A stretch of 64,000 nucleotides of DNA from Saprospiraceae bacterium UBA6168 (lineage in GTDB: Bacteria > Bacteroidota > Bacteroidia > Chitinophagales > Saprospiraceae). A program made the position numbers and the translations under genes. The DNA is taken from assembly GCA_002435785.1 (NCBI GenBank), contig DIUC01000023.1, positions 63,184-127,183 of the forward strand. The letters are read 5' to 3'. This document shows, piece after piece, positions 37,382 to 46,829 of the stretch; the stretch's first letter is position 1; each line of letters starts with the position of its first letter. The notes below the pieces were generated by a model. The model ran no database searches. It was not told the origin of the DNA and worked only from the letters and a program-made list of their open reading frames with translations.

Positions 37382-40132
37382 ATGACGGACTATTCATTTA
37401 TTGCCAACGCCCACCCATCCTTTATTGACTCGCTCTACGAGCAATACTTGGACAATCCCGAAGCAGTGGAGCAAGGCTGGAGGCTGTTTTTCAAGGGTTT
37501 TGATTACGGCTCAAACGGCAATGCCGCTCCTGCCGCCAGTTCCAATGGCGCAGCCCACCTGCCCGACATCAGCGACCACGACGAACTGCGGGTAGTAGCG
37601 CTAATCATCGCCTACCGCAACCGGGGCCACCTCAAATCCACCACCAACCCGCTCAAACCTCGCAAAAACAGGTTGCCCTTCCTCGACCTTGCCGACTTTG
37701 GCCTGACGGAGGCAAGCTTGGATAAACCCTGTTTGGCCTCTAAGGAAGTCGGACTGCCAGACGGCTCAACGCTCCGCCAAATCATTGCGAAGCTTGAAAA
37801 AATGTACTGCGGCAATATCGGATTCGAGTACCACCATATACAAGACCGGACCAAGCGCCGCTGGCTGCGGGATTGCATCGAGGCCCAAACGGTGGAAAAC
37901 CAATGGGGCCTGACGCTTGAGGAGAAGAAACGAATCCTCGAAAAACTCAATGGCGCTACGATTTTCGAGCAGTTTTTGCACAAAAAATTCATCGGTCAAA
38001 AGCGCTTCTCGCTGGAAGGCGGTGAGACGACCATCGCAGCCCTCGACGCCATCATCACTTCGGCTGCCGATGCAGGCGTGGAGGAAGTGGTGTTCGGCAT
38101 GGCGCACCGGGGCAGGCTCAATGTACTGGCCAACATCATGGGCAAAACCTACGAGCAAATTTTCACGGAGTTTGAGGGCGAAATGCCCGAAGACACCAGC
38201 TTTGGCGACGGTGACGTGAAGTACCACCTCGGCTTCTCCTCCCAAGTGACCACGCCGCATGGCAAGCAAGCCTACCTCAAGCTCGTGCCAAACCCCTCGC
38301 ACCTCGAAGCCGTGAACCCCGTGGTGGAAGGCTTCGCAAGGGCCAAGGCCGACGTGCTTTATGCCAGCGAATACGACCGGATTTTGCCCGTCCTGATTCA
38401 CGGCGACGCAGCGGTGGCCGGGCAGGGCATCATCTATGAGTGCATCCAAATGAGCTTGTTGGATGGCTACGCAACGGGCGGCACCGTCCATTTTGTCATC
38501 AACAACCAAATTGGCTTCACCACCAACTGGGAGGACGCCCGCTCCTCGACCTATTGCACCAGCGTGGCCGCCACGGTACAGGCGCCCGTTTTTCATGTAA
38601 ATGGGGACGATCCGGAGGCCGTTGTTTTCTGTTGCAAATTGGCGATGGAATACCGCCAAAAATACAACGCCGACGTGTTCATTGACATGGTTTGCTACCG
38701 CAAACATGGCCACAACGAGGGCGACGACCCGAAGTTCACGCAGCCTGCGCTCTACGACCTCATCAACGTACACAATGACCCCCGTGAAATCTACAGCCAG
38801 CGTCTAATCGGGCGAGGAGACGTGCACAAGGAAATTGCGGAGCAAATGGAAAAAGAGTTCTGGAATTCGCTCCAAGCACGCCTCGACCACATGAAGCAAA
38901 ACAAGCTGCCCTACCAATACCAGGAGACCGAGTTGGCTTGGAAGTCGCTGAGAAAAGTGACCACTCCCGAAGACTTTGAGTCTTCGCCAGAGACGGGTAT
39001 TGACAGCAAGGTGCTTGACAAGATATTGAAGCACCTGCACCAATACCCAAAGGAGTTCAATGCGGTAAACAAGATAGACCGAATCCTGAAATCATCGAAG
39101 GCGATGTGGGAAAGCGGCAAATTGGACTGGGCGCTCGGCGAGCTTAGTGCCTACGGCTCGCTATTGCTGGAAGGCAACGACGTCCGCCTCAGCGGTCAGG
39201 ATGTGAAGCGGGGCACGTTCTCCCATCGCCACGCCGTTCTAACCGAGGTGGCAACAGGCCGTGAATACAACCGATTGGATGGTTTGGACAAAAACCAAGG
39301 CAAGTTCCGCATTTTCAATTCGCTGTTGAGCGAGTACGCAGTGCTGGGGTTTGAGTATGGTTACACCTTGGCCCGACCCGATGCGCTGGTGATTTGGGAG
39401 GCGCAATTCGGCGACTTCTTCAACGGTGCGCAGACGATGGTGGACCAGTTCATACTTTCCGCCGAGCGGAAATGGCAGCGGATGAGCGGCCTCTGCATGT
39501 ACCTGCCGCACGGTTACGAAGGCCAGGGCCCTGAGCACAGCAGCGCCCGCATGGAGCGTTTCCTGCAAGGTTGCGCCAGAAACAACGTGACAGTGGCCAA
39601 CGTAACCACCCCCGCCAACCTCTTCCACTTGCTGCGCCGCCAATTGGTGCGCCCGTTCCGCAAGCCATTGGTGTTGATGTCGCCAAAGAGTGGGCTGCGA
39701 CACCCGGAAGTGGTGTCTGAACTGAAGGATTTCCACACGGGCACTCGTTTTCTGGAGGTAATGGACGACCCGTCGTCAAAGCCGGCGAAGGTAAAAACGC
39801 TGCTGCTCTGTTCCGGCAAGGTCTATTACGACTTGCTCGACAAAAAGCGCACGGACAAACGGGAAGACGTGGCCATTGTTCGCCTCGAACAACTTTACCC
39901 GCTGCCAGAGAAACAGTTGGACGCCATTTTTGCGAAGTACAAAAACGCCAAAGTCCGGTGGGTACAGGAAGAACCAGCCAACATGGGCTCGTGGATGTAC
40001 CTGCTTTTCCAGTTCAACGGCAAGCGCACGATGGAACTCGTTTCACGGGAAACAGCCGCATCACCCGCTGTTGGTTTCAAGAAGCAGCACGACAAGCAGC
40101 AGGCGGAGTTGGTTTTGAGAGCATTTGAGTGA
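37382..40132 (+). CDS. sucA: 2-oxoglutarate dehydrogenase E1 component
   Basis: 916 aa. GMAHRGRLNVLANI, LIHGDAAVAGQG, YLPHGYEGQGPEHSSARMERFLQ. Confidence 0.95.
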   Translation: MTDYSFIANAHPSFIDSLYEQYLDNPEAVEQGWRLFFKGFDYGSNGNAAPAASSNGAAHLPDISDHDELRVVALIIAYRNRGHLKSTTNPLKPRKNRLPFLDLADFGLTEASLDKPCLASKEVGLPDGSTLRQIIAKLEKMYCGNIGFEYHHIQDRTKRRWLRDCIEAQTVENQWGLTLEEKKRILEKLNGATIFEQFLHKKFIGQKRFSLEGGETTIAALDAIITSAADAGVEEVVFGMAHRGRLNVLANIMGKTYEQIFTEFEGEMPEDTSFGDGDVKYHLGFSSQVTTPHGKQAYLKLVPNPSHLEAVNPVVEGFARAKADVLYASEYDRILPVLIHGDAAVAGQGIIYECIQMSLLDGYATGGTVHFVINNQIGFTTNWEDARSSTYCTSVAATVQAPVFHVNGDDPEAVVFCCKLAMEYRQKYNADVFIDMVCYRKHGHNEGDDPKFTQPALYDLINVHNDPREIYSQRLIGRGDVHKEIAEQMEKEFWNSLQARLDHMKQNKLPYQYQETELAWKSLRKVTTPEDFESSPETGIDSKVLDKILKHLHQYPKEFNAVNKIDRILKSSKAMWESGKLDWALGELSAYGSLLLEGNDVRLSGQDVKRGTFSHRHAVLTEVATGREYNRLDGLDKNQGKFRIFNSLLSEYAVLGFEYGYTLARPDALVIWEAQFGDFFNGAQTMVDQFILSAERKWQRMSGLCMYLPHGYEGQGPEHSSARMERFLQGCARNNVTVANVTTPANLFHLLRRQLVRPFRKPLVLMSPKSGLRHPEVVSELKDFHTGTRFLEVMDDPSSKPAKVKTLLLCSGKVYYDLLDKKRTDKREDVAIVRLEQLYPLPEKQLDAIFAKYKNAKVRWVQEEPANMGSWMYLLFQFNGKRTMELVSRETAASPAVGFKKQHDKQQAELVLRAFE

Positions 40133-40141
40133 TTGGGGATT

Positions 40142-40177
40142 TGAGGGTTTGAGGATGTCCACTTCCTCAAACCCTCA
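40142..40177 (+). terminator. Hairpin after sucA built from 7-nt periodic units
   Basis: Perfect 14-bp stem tgagggtttgagga / tcctcaaaccctca with an 8-nt loop, starting 10 nt after the stop. No clear U-tract. Confidence 0.5.
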
Positions 40178-40252
40178 TTCTCTCAAATCCTCTAAAAGCC
40201 TCATTGGCAAGTTGTACTGCCGATGGGGCTTTTTTGTGAAAGTCATTGTCGC

Positions 40253-40413
40253 TTTTGTCATTGCGCAGCAACCCGTCCATGCAATGAGGGAAGCCTCGGT
40301 TATCGCCGTTTTGGTCATGAGCGAAGGCCATTGGGGCATCACTCCGTTAATGATGCTTCGCCTTCGGCAAAACTTCGCTTATTGCGTGGACAGGTTGCTG
40401 CGCAATGACAAAA
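40253..40413 (+). repeat. ~160-nt long imperfect hairpin closed by a perfect 21-nt inverted repeat
   Basis: ttttgtcattgcgcagcaacc (40253-40273) / ggttgctgcgcaatgacaaaa (40393-40413). Pairing continues inward with a T:G position that is a wobble only if transcribed from the + strand. Inner stems gcgaag/cttcgc and catca/tgatg. Confidence 0.6.
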
Positions 40414-40459
40414 GGGGCGACGACCGTGGCGTGTACTGTCGCTTAACCCTATTCCTAAT

Positions 40460-41569
40460 TCAAAACAATGCAAAACTTGTCAGAGCCAAGCCCAAAATGG
40501 CCATTATGAAAATGAATAAATACAACATGCTGATAATGATGTATTTAACAATGGTTTTAATCCAACCTTGTCGGTAAAAGCGTTTTAAGGCGAGCAAAGT
40601 ATATAATAGCGCAGCCAAGCTCGCAAAGCCAAATAGGGGGCCAAGGGCGTCGCCCAACCAATTCCTGAATAGCAACACAAACGTAAAAAGCAGGAACTGA
40701 AAGGAATGGGCATGGAACGAGAATATCAAGTGCTCAAAATATAGGTAGTGCCGTCGGATATATAACAGTTTCAGCACCAAGGCCAACATGGGCATCATAA
40801 AGAGCATCATCCAGAGCGTATTGCCGAGCAAGTAGAATATAAAATTGTCGCCTTTTTTATGCAGCTTTATCTGCTGCCGCACCAACAACTTTTGCCAAAA
40901 TGAAGTGATGCCGTAGGTCTGCAATAGACTATCCTCCGACATGTTATCGAGGTCGTCCACGGCGATGTTGATGGTTTTCGCTTCTTTTAATGATAAGTTG
41001 ACCGCCCCTTCATGGTAAATGGTATCCTGTGAATCATGGTAAAACGACCTTGCAAAACTTAGGCTATCGTGCTCGGAAGTCATGTAGCTGCTGTCTAATT
41101 TGGCCATCAGTGTGTCAAGGGCGGCAAGGGCACTGCGGTTGTGGAGCGTAGCAGCCGTGGATTTCTTGAGGGAGTCGAGCTGTAGGTAGAATTTGTGTTT
41201 TTGGTGTAGCGTCTGAACTTCCTTGTACGATTGGGGCATGATTTGAGATGGGCCACTGCCTACCCGGATGGATATCATGGCGATGAGCAGCGCACCCGTG
41301 AAAAAGAACAACCGGATGGGGCGGTAATAGCGGATATGCTTGCCGGCAAAGTAATCAGTGGTAAGCTTGCCTGGGATGGCCAATGCCTTGAGCGTGCTGT
41401 AAGTTTGATTGTCAATGTTCAAAACGGTAGACATCGTCTCGGCCACCAACTTCCGAAAGGTGAGCCTGCCGTCGTGGTTCTTCTGGCTGCAATTTGGACA
41501 AAAATTTGCCGTTTCCGGAAGCGGAAAATCGCAGTTTCGACAGTGTTGGATTGGCGTTTCGTTTTCCAT
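40460..41569 (-). CDS. DUF3667 domain membrane protein
   Basis: Start at 41569 (MENETPIQHCRNCDFPL...NFCPNCSQKN zinc ribbon), then LTFRKL...YFAGKHIRYYRPIRLFFF and several TM helices. Confidence 0.65.
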   Translation of the reverse strand: MENETPIQHCRNCDFPLPETANFCPNCSQKNHDGRLTFRKLVAETMSTVLNIDNQTYSTLKALAIPGKLTTDYFAGKHIRYYRPIRLFFFTGALLIAMISIRVGSGPSQIMPQSYKEVQTLHQKHKFYLQLDSLKKSTAATLHNRSALAALDTLMAKLDSSYMTSEHDSLSFARSFYHDSQDTIYHEGAVNLSLKEAKTINIAVDDLDNMSEDSLLQTYGITSFWQKLLVRQQIKLHKKGDNFIFYLLGNTLWMMLFMMPMLALVLKLLYIRRHYLYFEHLIFSFHAHSFQFLLFTFVLLFRNWLGDALGPLFGFASLAALLYTLLALKRFYRQGWIKTIVKYIIISMLYLFIFIMAILGLALTSFALF

Positions 41570-41834
41570 GCGTGATTGGTTTGGGTAGCAAAGTAACGAG
41601 AGAAAACCAATTGGAAGGGGTTTTTTCGAGGAAGTTGTGCTCGGTAAGATGTTTTCATCACCCACCAATTTTCAGGGATTCCAAGCGGGCTGCTTGGGAA
41701 AACGTTTTTTTTCAAGGTTGGAGCAGGATTTTTTAACCGAGGTTGAGAACGAAACCCTTAATATTGCAAAAGGATTTTTGAATCAATCAACCAGATTAAA
41801 TTCGACGAAAGTGACAAAGGAGCAACGCTACAAA

Positions 41835-42113
41835 ATGGAATTGGTGCAGTTCTACCACCGCAACGGCTACCTCCGGCAACCGAACGAAGCTCGTTTTGAG
41901 GAAGGTAGCCAAGTCTATAAAAAGGGCTACGAAATCAGGTTTGTTGCCAATAGTGAGGAGGAAAAGGTTTATATTTCCTCGCTTTTGGAGAAAACAGGCT
42001 TCAAGCACGGGAAGATTTACCCAAAATGGAAGACGTTCGTGCTGCCCGTTTATGGCTACGATGCCATGGCCCGTTTCCACGAAATAATGGATGAATTCCC
42101 ACAACTCAAGTAG
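41835..42113 (+). CDS. Small hypothetical protein
   Basis: 92 aa from ATG 41835 within ORF 41637-42113. No motif recognised. Confidence 0.3.
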   Translation: MELVQFYHRNGYLRQPNEARFEEGSQVYKKGYEIRFVANSEEEKVYISSLLEKTGFKHGKIYPKWKTFVLPVYGYDAMARFHEIMDEFPQLK

Positions 42114-42227
42114 GATGGAGCCAAAGGAAGTATCAATCAACTTGCAGGCCCACCAATTCATGGGCACGATTTTGCAATAAGCGCCATGCTAACTCAAGCA
42201 GACAAAAATCTTGTTCAGTTTTGAACC

Positions 42228-42596
42228 ATGAAAAAGCAACAACCCATATCCATCCGCCCCTTCATCGGCGCCAAAGACTTTGAACTATCAAGGCGTTTTT
42301 ACCGTGACCTGGGTTTTGAGGAAACCGTCTTGTCGACCAATATGTCCGTGTTCAAAATGCAGGGAATCAGTTTTTACCTGCAAGATGCCTACGTCAAAGA
42401 CTGGATAGACAACACCATGATATTTATGGAGGTGGAGGATGTAGGCCGTTTTTGGGAGGAATTGCAGGCGTTAAACCTAATGGCCAAGTATGAGGAAGTC
42501 AGGCTTATGCCCATTAAAGAATATGATTGGGGCAGGGAATGTTTTTTGCACGACCCATCGGGGATACTCTGGCATATTGGGGAGTTTTTTCACTGA
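42228..42596 (+). CDS. VOC (glyoxalase/bleomycin-resistance) family protein
   Basis: 122 aa. IRPFIGAKDFELSRRFYRDLGFEE...WGRECFLHDPSGILWHIGE. Confidence 0.7.
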   Translation: MKKQQPISIRPFIGAKDFELSRRFYRDLGFEETVLSTNMSVFKMQGISFYLQDAYVKDWIDNTMIFMEVEDVGRFWEELQALNLMAKYEEVRLMPIKEYDWGRECFLHDPSGILWHIGEFFH

Positions 42597-42760
42597 ATAT
42601 AATAAGTTTGGATGTAGTTTTTGCGCAGGCAAAGGACCTTTATTGACGCCTTTTTTTTCACTATTATTTATATGGTTGCGCTCAAATCAAACTATATTGA
42701 AAAATAGTGAAACCCATAAAAAAATGTTTTGAGCCACCTGTCTTTGCTCCTAAGTTGGCC

Positions 42761-43543
42761 TCAAAAATCCTTCTTCCCCGCCACCCGTTTTATACAAAAA
42801 ACTGGCAGTACCACCCACAGCAGCAGTACACCAAAAGCGATGGACATCCCGAACCCCGTCCCCAAGAATTTACGGAAAACGGCACCTGTAAAGCCCATCA
42901 GTGCCGACACATCGAGTTTTAGCAAAATCAGGATGCGGGAAAGGTCAATAGGATTGAGTAGGGAGGCGATGAGCGAGAACTTTTCCAGCGGGTATTCGGT
43001 GAGCAAGGAGAGCGAGAGCAGCAACAGCCCGTCGTAAATGACGGCAAAAAACAGCCAAGCAAGTATGGCCAAGCCAAAGCCCTTGATGCGATTTTCGTTT
43101 TTCAAGGCAATGTAAAAGGCAATGGCGCTGAATACAAAAGACAGCACCACCCCCACGAACAGCAGCATGGCAAAATTTCCCGCCTGGTCCGAGCCGAACA
43201 CGCCGTACAGCGCAAATGGTAGTCCCACACCAATCACCCAACTCGCCGACAATGAGCTTGCTACGCCCAAATATTGTCCCAAGAAAATGCTTGTGCGCCG
43301 CACCGGTTGCGCCAGCAAAAGCTCTGTGAACTCCCTCGAATTGTAATAGTACATCACCCCGAACATGGTGGCGATGAGCGGGCAGAGCAGCAGCACCACG
43401 TTCATCAGACTGATGACGACTTTAGACAAGTCGTTGCTCAACCAAAGCAGGGAGAGCGTAAACAGCAGGTAAAACCCGCCATAGCTGTACGTCCACCTGC
43501 TTCGGATGAGGTCGTAGAAGCTGTATTTTAGAATTTTTAGCAT
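42761..43543 (-). CDS. nosY: Nitrous-oxide reductase maturation ABC-2 permease
   Basis: 260 aa, six hydrophobic helices, last gene of the nos cluster after nosF. Confidence 0.75.
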   Translation of the reverse strand: MLKILKYSFYDLIRSRWTYSYGGFYLLFTLSLLWLSNDLSKVVISLMNVVLLLCPLIATMFGVMYYYNSREFTELLLAQPVRRTSIFLGQYLGVASSLSASWVIGVGLPFALYGVFGSDQAGNFAMLLFVGVVLSFVFSAIAFYIALKNENRIKGFGLAILAWLFFAVIYDGLLLLSLSLLTEYPLEKFSLIASLLNPIDLSRILILLKLDVSALMGFTGAVFRKFLGTGFGMSIAFGVLLLWVVLPVFCIKRVAGKKDF

Positions 43544-43563
43544 GGTTGTATTTTTAGCGAGGT

Positions 43564-43647
43564 ATTGGAAAGCCCGAAGGGATTTCTAAGCCCAAGTGGT
43601 TGGTCGTTGAAGGGCTTAGAAATCCCTCGTTCCTCAGGCTTTCCAAT
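43564..43647. repeat. Palindromic element, family 'GGGATTTCTAAGC / ATTGGAAAGCCC', nested (B-A-A'-B')
   Basis: B 43564-43575, A 43579-43593, A' 43612-43626, B' 43637-43647. Fills the nosF-nosY junction. Confidence 0.8.
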
Positions 43648-43651
43648 CCCT

Positions 43652-44356
43652 TTAACTCGGTGGTTGTAGCAGCTTTGCAGTGGCCTTCTCCACATTTGCC
43701 TCGCCCGTCATTTCCTCCAATTTTTTCAGGCTGCCCCGGAAGTGGATATGCCCTTCCAGCAGGAACACTACCTCGTCGGCCAGCTCCTCCACGAGGCTCA
43801 TCACGTGGGTGGTGATGAGGATGGTTTTGCCGATAAGTCGCTGATTGTGAATGAGTTCCTTGAGCCGGACGAGCGATATGGGGTCAAGCCCAGCGGTTGG
43901 TTCGTCCATGATGATGATGGGGCAGTCGTACATGAAAGTTAGCACAAGGTTCACTTTTTGGCGGGTGCCGCCGGAGAGGTTGCCGAGGCGCTTGTCGAGG
44001 AAGGTTTCGAGGCCGAACAGTTTAATCAGTTCCTCGTCGTGGGTCTTTCCGGTGTTCAAGTCCTTCACCATGCGCAGGAGTTCGGCCACGGTCAGGTTCT
44101 CGGGGAAGCGGGCGATTTGCGGGAGGTAGGCGATTTGGTTGCGGTACAGCCATTTGCCCTTTATGTCCTCGCCTTGCACCTTGATGGTGCCCTCGTCAGG
44201 CAACACCATGCCGAGGATGGACTTGATGATGGTCGTCTTGCCAGAGCCGTTCGGCCCCAGCACGGCCACAATGCCAGGCTGGTCGAATGTCAGGTCCACG
44301 CCCTTCAGCACGTGGTTTTTGCCGAAAGACTTTTGTAAAAGGTGTATCGAAATCAC
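43652..44356 (-). CDS. nosF: Nitrous-oxide reductase maturation ABC ATPase
   Basis: Walker A GPNGSGKTT, signature LSGGTRQK, Walker B IIIMDEP. Confidence 0.85.
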   Translation of the reverse strand: MISIHLLQKSFGKNHVLKGVDLTFDQPGIVAVLGPNGSGKTTIIKSILGMVLPDEGTIKVQGEDIKGKWLYRNQIAYLPQIARFPENLTVAELLRMVKDLNTGKTHDEELIKLFGLETFLDKRLGNLSGGTRQKVNLVLTFMYDCPIIIMDEPTAGLDPISLVRLKELIHNQRLIGKTILITTHVMSLVEELADEVVFLLEGHIHFRGSLKKLEEMTGEANVEKATAKLLQPPS

Positions 44357-44374
44357 GGCTTGCTGGTATTTACG

Positions 44375-44442
44375 ATTTACGATTTACGACTGACGATTGA
44401 GGGCGCAGAGACTGCGTAAATCGTCAGTCGTAAATCGTAAAT
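44375..44442. repeat. Perfect 24-bp-stem hairpin built from (A/C)AATCGT heptamers
   Basis: atttacgatttacgactgacgatt (44375-44398) / aatcgtcagtcgtaaatcgtaaat (44419-44442). Fills the nosD-nosF junction. The nosD stop (44424-44426) lies inside the right arm. Confidence 0.85.
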
Positions 44443-45668
44443 TTTTTCAAAAGCGGCTTATTGTCCACTACATTTTCGGGTGTGAAAATAGGACTAACTT
44501 TTTCGGAAAAATTCAAAATATCCACAAACAAACTTCGGAGCAATACAAGGCTTTCGGGCGTATTGCTGACCACATAGCTGAACAGCTTCATGGGGCGGTG
44601 CGGTACGTCGCCGATGCCATTTTTGTCCAAATCATAGCCTGCATAATCGCTCCAAAAGTTGCCGTCGAACAGGTTGTCGGTGCCAGCGGAATGCACCGCC
44701 AGGTCGAAGCTGTTGCCGAGGAAGTTATTGGCCAACAGGTTGTTTTGCTGGCAGCCACCGGAGATTTTGAGCGCCCAACCATTTTGGATGAAATTGTTTT
44801 TGGTGTAAACAATGCGGTTGGAGGTCTCGGCGAAGATGCCGACTGTGTTTTCCTGAAAGGTGTTGCCTTCTATATTGCTGTCATGGATTTCTTTTAGCAA
44901 AAGCCCATAGGCGGCTGGTCCCCAATTTTTTTGGAAAACATTGCTGAACATCCCAATCCTGCGGGAGTACATGACCGCCACGCCAGCCCCGTTGTCGAGG
45001 AAGGTGTTGCCTCGGTAAACATCATCGTTGGAAAACATAAAGTGAAGTCCGTAGCGCACGTTCCGCTCGCTATGGTTGCCTTGGACGGTGCTGAAATTGA
45101 CAAATTCCAGGTAAATGCCGTCCCGGTGCCCGTATGTTATGTTGTTGATAATCAGCACGTTGTCACAGTACCAAAGGTGGATGGCGTTGCCGCTGCTCAC
45201 CTCATCCTTCGCCTCGCCGACCATCTCGTTGCCTTCGATGGTCCCGTTCCTTGACTTTTGGAGATAAATGCCAAAGAATGCGTTTTCCACCCGGTTGTTC
45301 TTGACGTAAAAATCGCTGGCCTCTTTAACCCGGATGCCTGCCCGGTCTTGTGAGTAGCTGATGCCGACGTTGCGAATCACGAACCCCTCGAAATGGACGT
45401 GGTTGGCGGCGATGGTGATGATTTCGGTTTTGCCCTCGCCATCAAGTATAGGCCTTCCAATGCCAATCAACGTCAACTCCTTGTCAATGACGATATTGCC
45501 TTCGGTGTAGATGCCCGATTCAACATAAATCGTGTCGCATGACTTTGCAACTTTTATGGCTTCCTTGATGGAAAAGGCAGGGCAAGCCTTGCAAACTCGA
45601 AAGGTATTAGCCAAAATAACAGCTTGCCCTGCGAGGATTAATGTGCTTATAAAAATCCATCTAAACAT
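44424..45668 (-). CDS. nosD: Periplasmic copper-binding beta-helix protein NosD
   Basis: Start at 45668 (MFRWIFISTLILAGQ). Parallel beta-helix repeats (N.I..N....GI.L). Position in the nos cluster. Confidence 0.85.
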   Translation of the reverse strand: MFRWIFISTLILAGQAVILANTFRVCKACPAFSIKEAIKVAKSCDTIYVESGIYTEGNIVIDKELTLIGIGRPILDGEGKTEIITIAANHVHFEGFVIRNVGISYSQDRAGIRVKEASDFYVKNNRVENAFFGIYLQKSRNGTIEGNEMVGEAKDEVSSGNAIHLWYCDNVLIINNITYGHRDGIYLEFVNFSTVQGNHSERNVRYGLHFMFSNDDVYRGNTFLDNGAGVAVMYSRRIGMFSNVFQKNWGPAAYGLLLKEIHDSNIEGNTFQENTVGIFAETSNRIVYTKNNFIQNGWALKISGGCQQNNLLANNFLGNSFDLAVHSAGTDNLFDGNFWSDYAGYDLDKNGIGDVPHRPMKLFSYVVSNTPESLVLLRSLFVDILNFSEKVSPIFTPENVVDNKPLLKKFTIYD

Positions 45669-45673
45669 GGTCT

Positions 45674-45748
45674 GAGGAATGAGGGGTGAGGAATGAGGGA
45701 GGAAGGATGCCACTGTCACGTCATCCCTCATTCCTCATTCCTTATCCC
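45674..45748. repeat. Imperfect palindrome of GAGGAAT/GAGGGxx heptamers at the nosL-nosD junction
   Basis: The left arm contains gaggaatgaggga and the right arm tccctcattcctc. Same family as 46763-46827. Confidence 0.7.
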
Positions 45749-46177
45749 TTATTGAAATTGCTGCTTCAAACCCGCCCAATCGTAAAGTTCGCCGCCCTTT
45801 TGAGCTTGCATGGCAGTGGCATTTTCCTTGAAGAGCCAAGCGGAGAGACCAGCGCCCATCGGGCTTGGCAACTCTTTGGAAATCAGGTAGTTGCATTGGG
45901 TGGCATCCTGCCATTCCTTGGGGTTTTCATAATCCCGCACCAGCATCAGGGCCATGTTGTCTGACTGTTTTTTTTGTAAAAACTGCATCATGCACTCAAT
46001 GGCGTCGAACTTGAAGACCTTTCCCTTTTGTGTCACCAACTCGGCTGCAAATGGTTCGTCAACAATGGTCATTTTGCAGTGGGCGCACATATCTTCGCCA
46101 AAAATAACTGGCTCAGCAGCGGGGGTGCAGGCCGTAAATAGCCCGAAAATCAATGTTATTAAAATCCAGTTTTTCAT
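45749..46177 (-). CDS. nosL: Copper chaperone lipoprotein NosL
   Basis: Start at 46177 (MKNWILITLIFGLFTAC lipobox). GEDMCAHCKMTI...KGKVFKFDAIECM. Confidence 0.8.
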   Translation of the reverse strand: MKNWILITLIFGLFTACTPAAEPVIFGEDMCAHCKMTIVDEPFAAELVTQKGKVFKFDAIECMMQFLQKKQSDNMALMLVRDYENPKEWQDATQCNYLISKELPSPMGAGLSAWLFKENATAMQAQKGGELYDWAGLKQQFQ

Positions 46178-46755
46178 GCGATAGGTGTATTTCTTTTTTG
46201 CAGCCAAACAGCTATACCACCAAGGATAAATGTGCCGCCAATAAACCATCCACCAATATATGGCCATGATTTAGCCATGAAATTCAGCAACATTTTATTC
46301 CCAATTAGTGGCGGTTGATAAGCCATGCCGGGTATTTTGATGGGAGCGGTTGGGCTGAGGTTATGGCCATAGTCGTATTCCCAGAGGTAAAAGTCATAAA
46401 GCCCTAATCCACAGCCAATTAGTCCCAGAATAAGCCATCCCATCCACCATTTCCAACGCCCAGTGAATGCCAATGCCATGCCCAAAAGCGACATGGCTGC
46501 CACCACGATGGGAAAGTATTTCAACTCAGGGATGGAATCCGGCTCAATATATTTCATGCCCACATAATGGTTCAATATATTGATGTTCTGCAAAGTGCCC
46601 TCCTCGCTGCCGGTGATTTTATTAATCCAGATATACATCGTCACGCCCTGTGGATATTGCGGAGCAATGAGCGTAATCTGCCACATTGGAAATACAAACA
46701 GCGTGAGCATGAGGGCAGCAGCAATAAAGAACAATATTTTTGGTAAAGATTTCAT
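46174..46755 (-). CDS. nos-cluster integral membrane protein (possibly NosB-like)
   Basis: Start at 46755 (MKSLPKILFFIAAALML). Several TM helices. Sits between nosZ and nosL and overlaps the nosL start by 4 nt. The NosB naming is uncertain. Confidence 0.55.
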   Translation of the reverse strand: MKSLPKILFFIAAALMLTLFVFPMWQITLIAPQYPQGVTMYIWINKITGSEEGTLQNINILNHYVGMKYIEPDSIPELKYFPIVVAAMSLLGMALAFTGRWKWWMGWLILGLIGCGLGLYDFYLWEYDYGHNLSPTAPIKIPGMAYQPPLIGNKMLLNFMAKSWPYIGGWFIGGTFILGGIAVWLQKRNTPIA

Positions 46756-46762
46756 GTTATAA

Positions 46763-46827
46763 GGGATGAGGAGTGAGGGATGAGGAATGAGAGGTGCTAT
46801 CATCCCTCATTCCTCCTCCCTCATCCC
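46763..46827. repeat. Imperfect palindrome of GGGATGA/GGAATGA heptamers at the nosZ / membrane-protein junction
   Basis: gggatgaggagtgagggatgaggaatgag ... ctcattcctcctccctcatccc. Confidence 0.7.
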
Positions 46828-46829
46828 TG

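Noticed and set aside
37766-38773. 335-aa minus-strand ORF inside sucA; similarly 30469-31479 and 28723-29433 inside uvrA
   Set aside because: They are antisense to unambiguous housekeeping genes and have shadow-frame composition.
40125-40577. 150-aa + strand ORF after sucA
   Set aside because: It runs through the sucA terminator hairpin and the 160-nt palindrome, and overlaps the 3' end of the convergent DUF3667 gene. It has no coding features.
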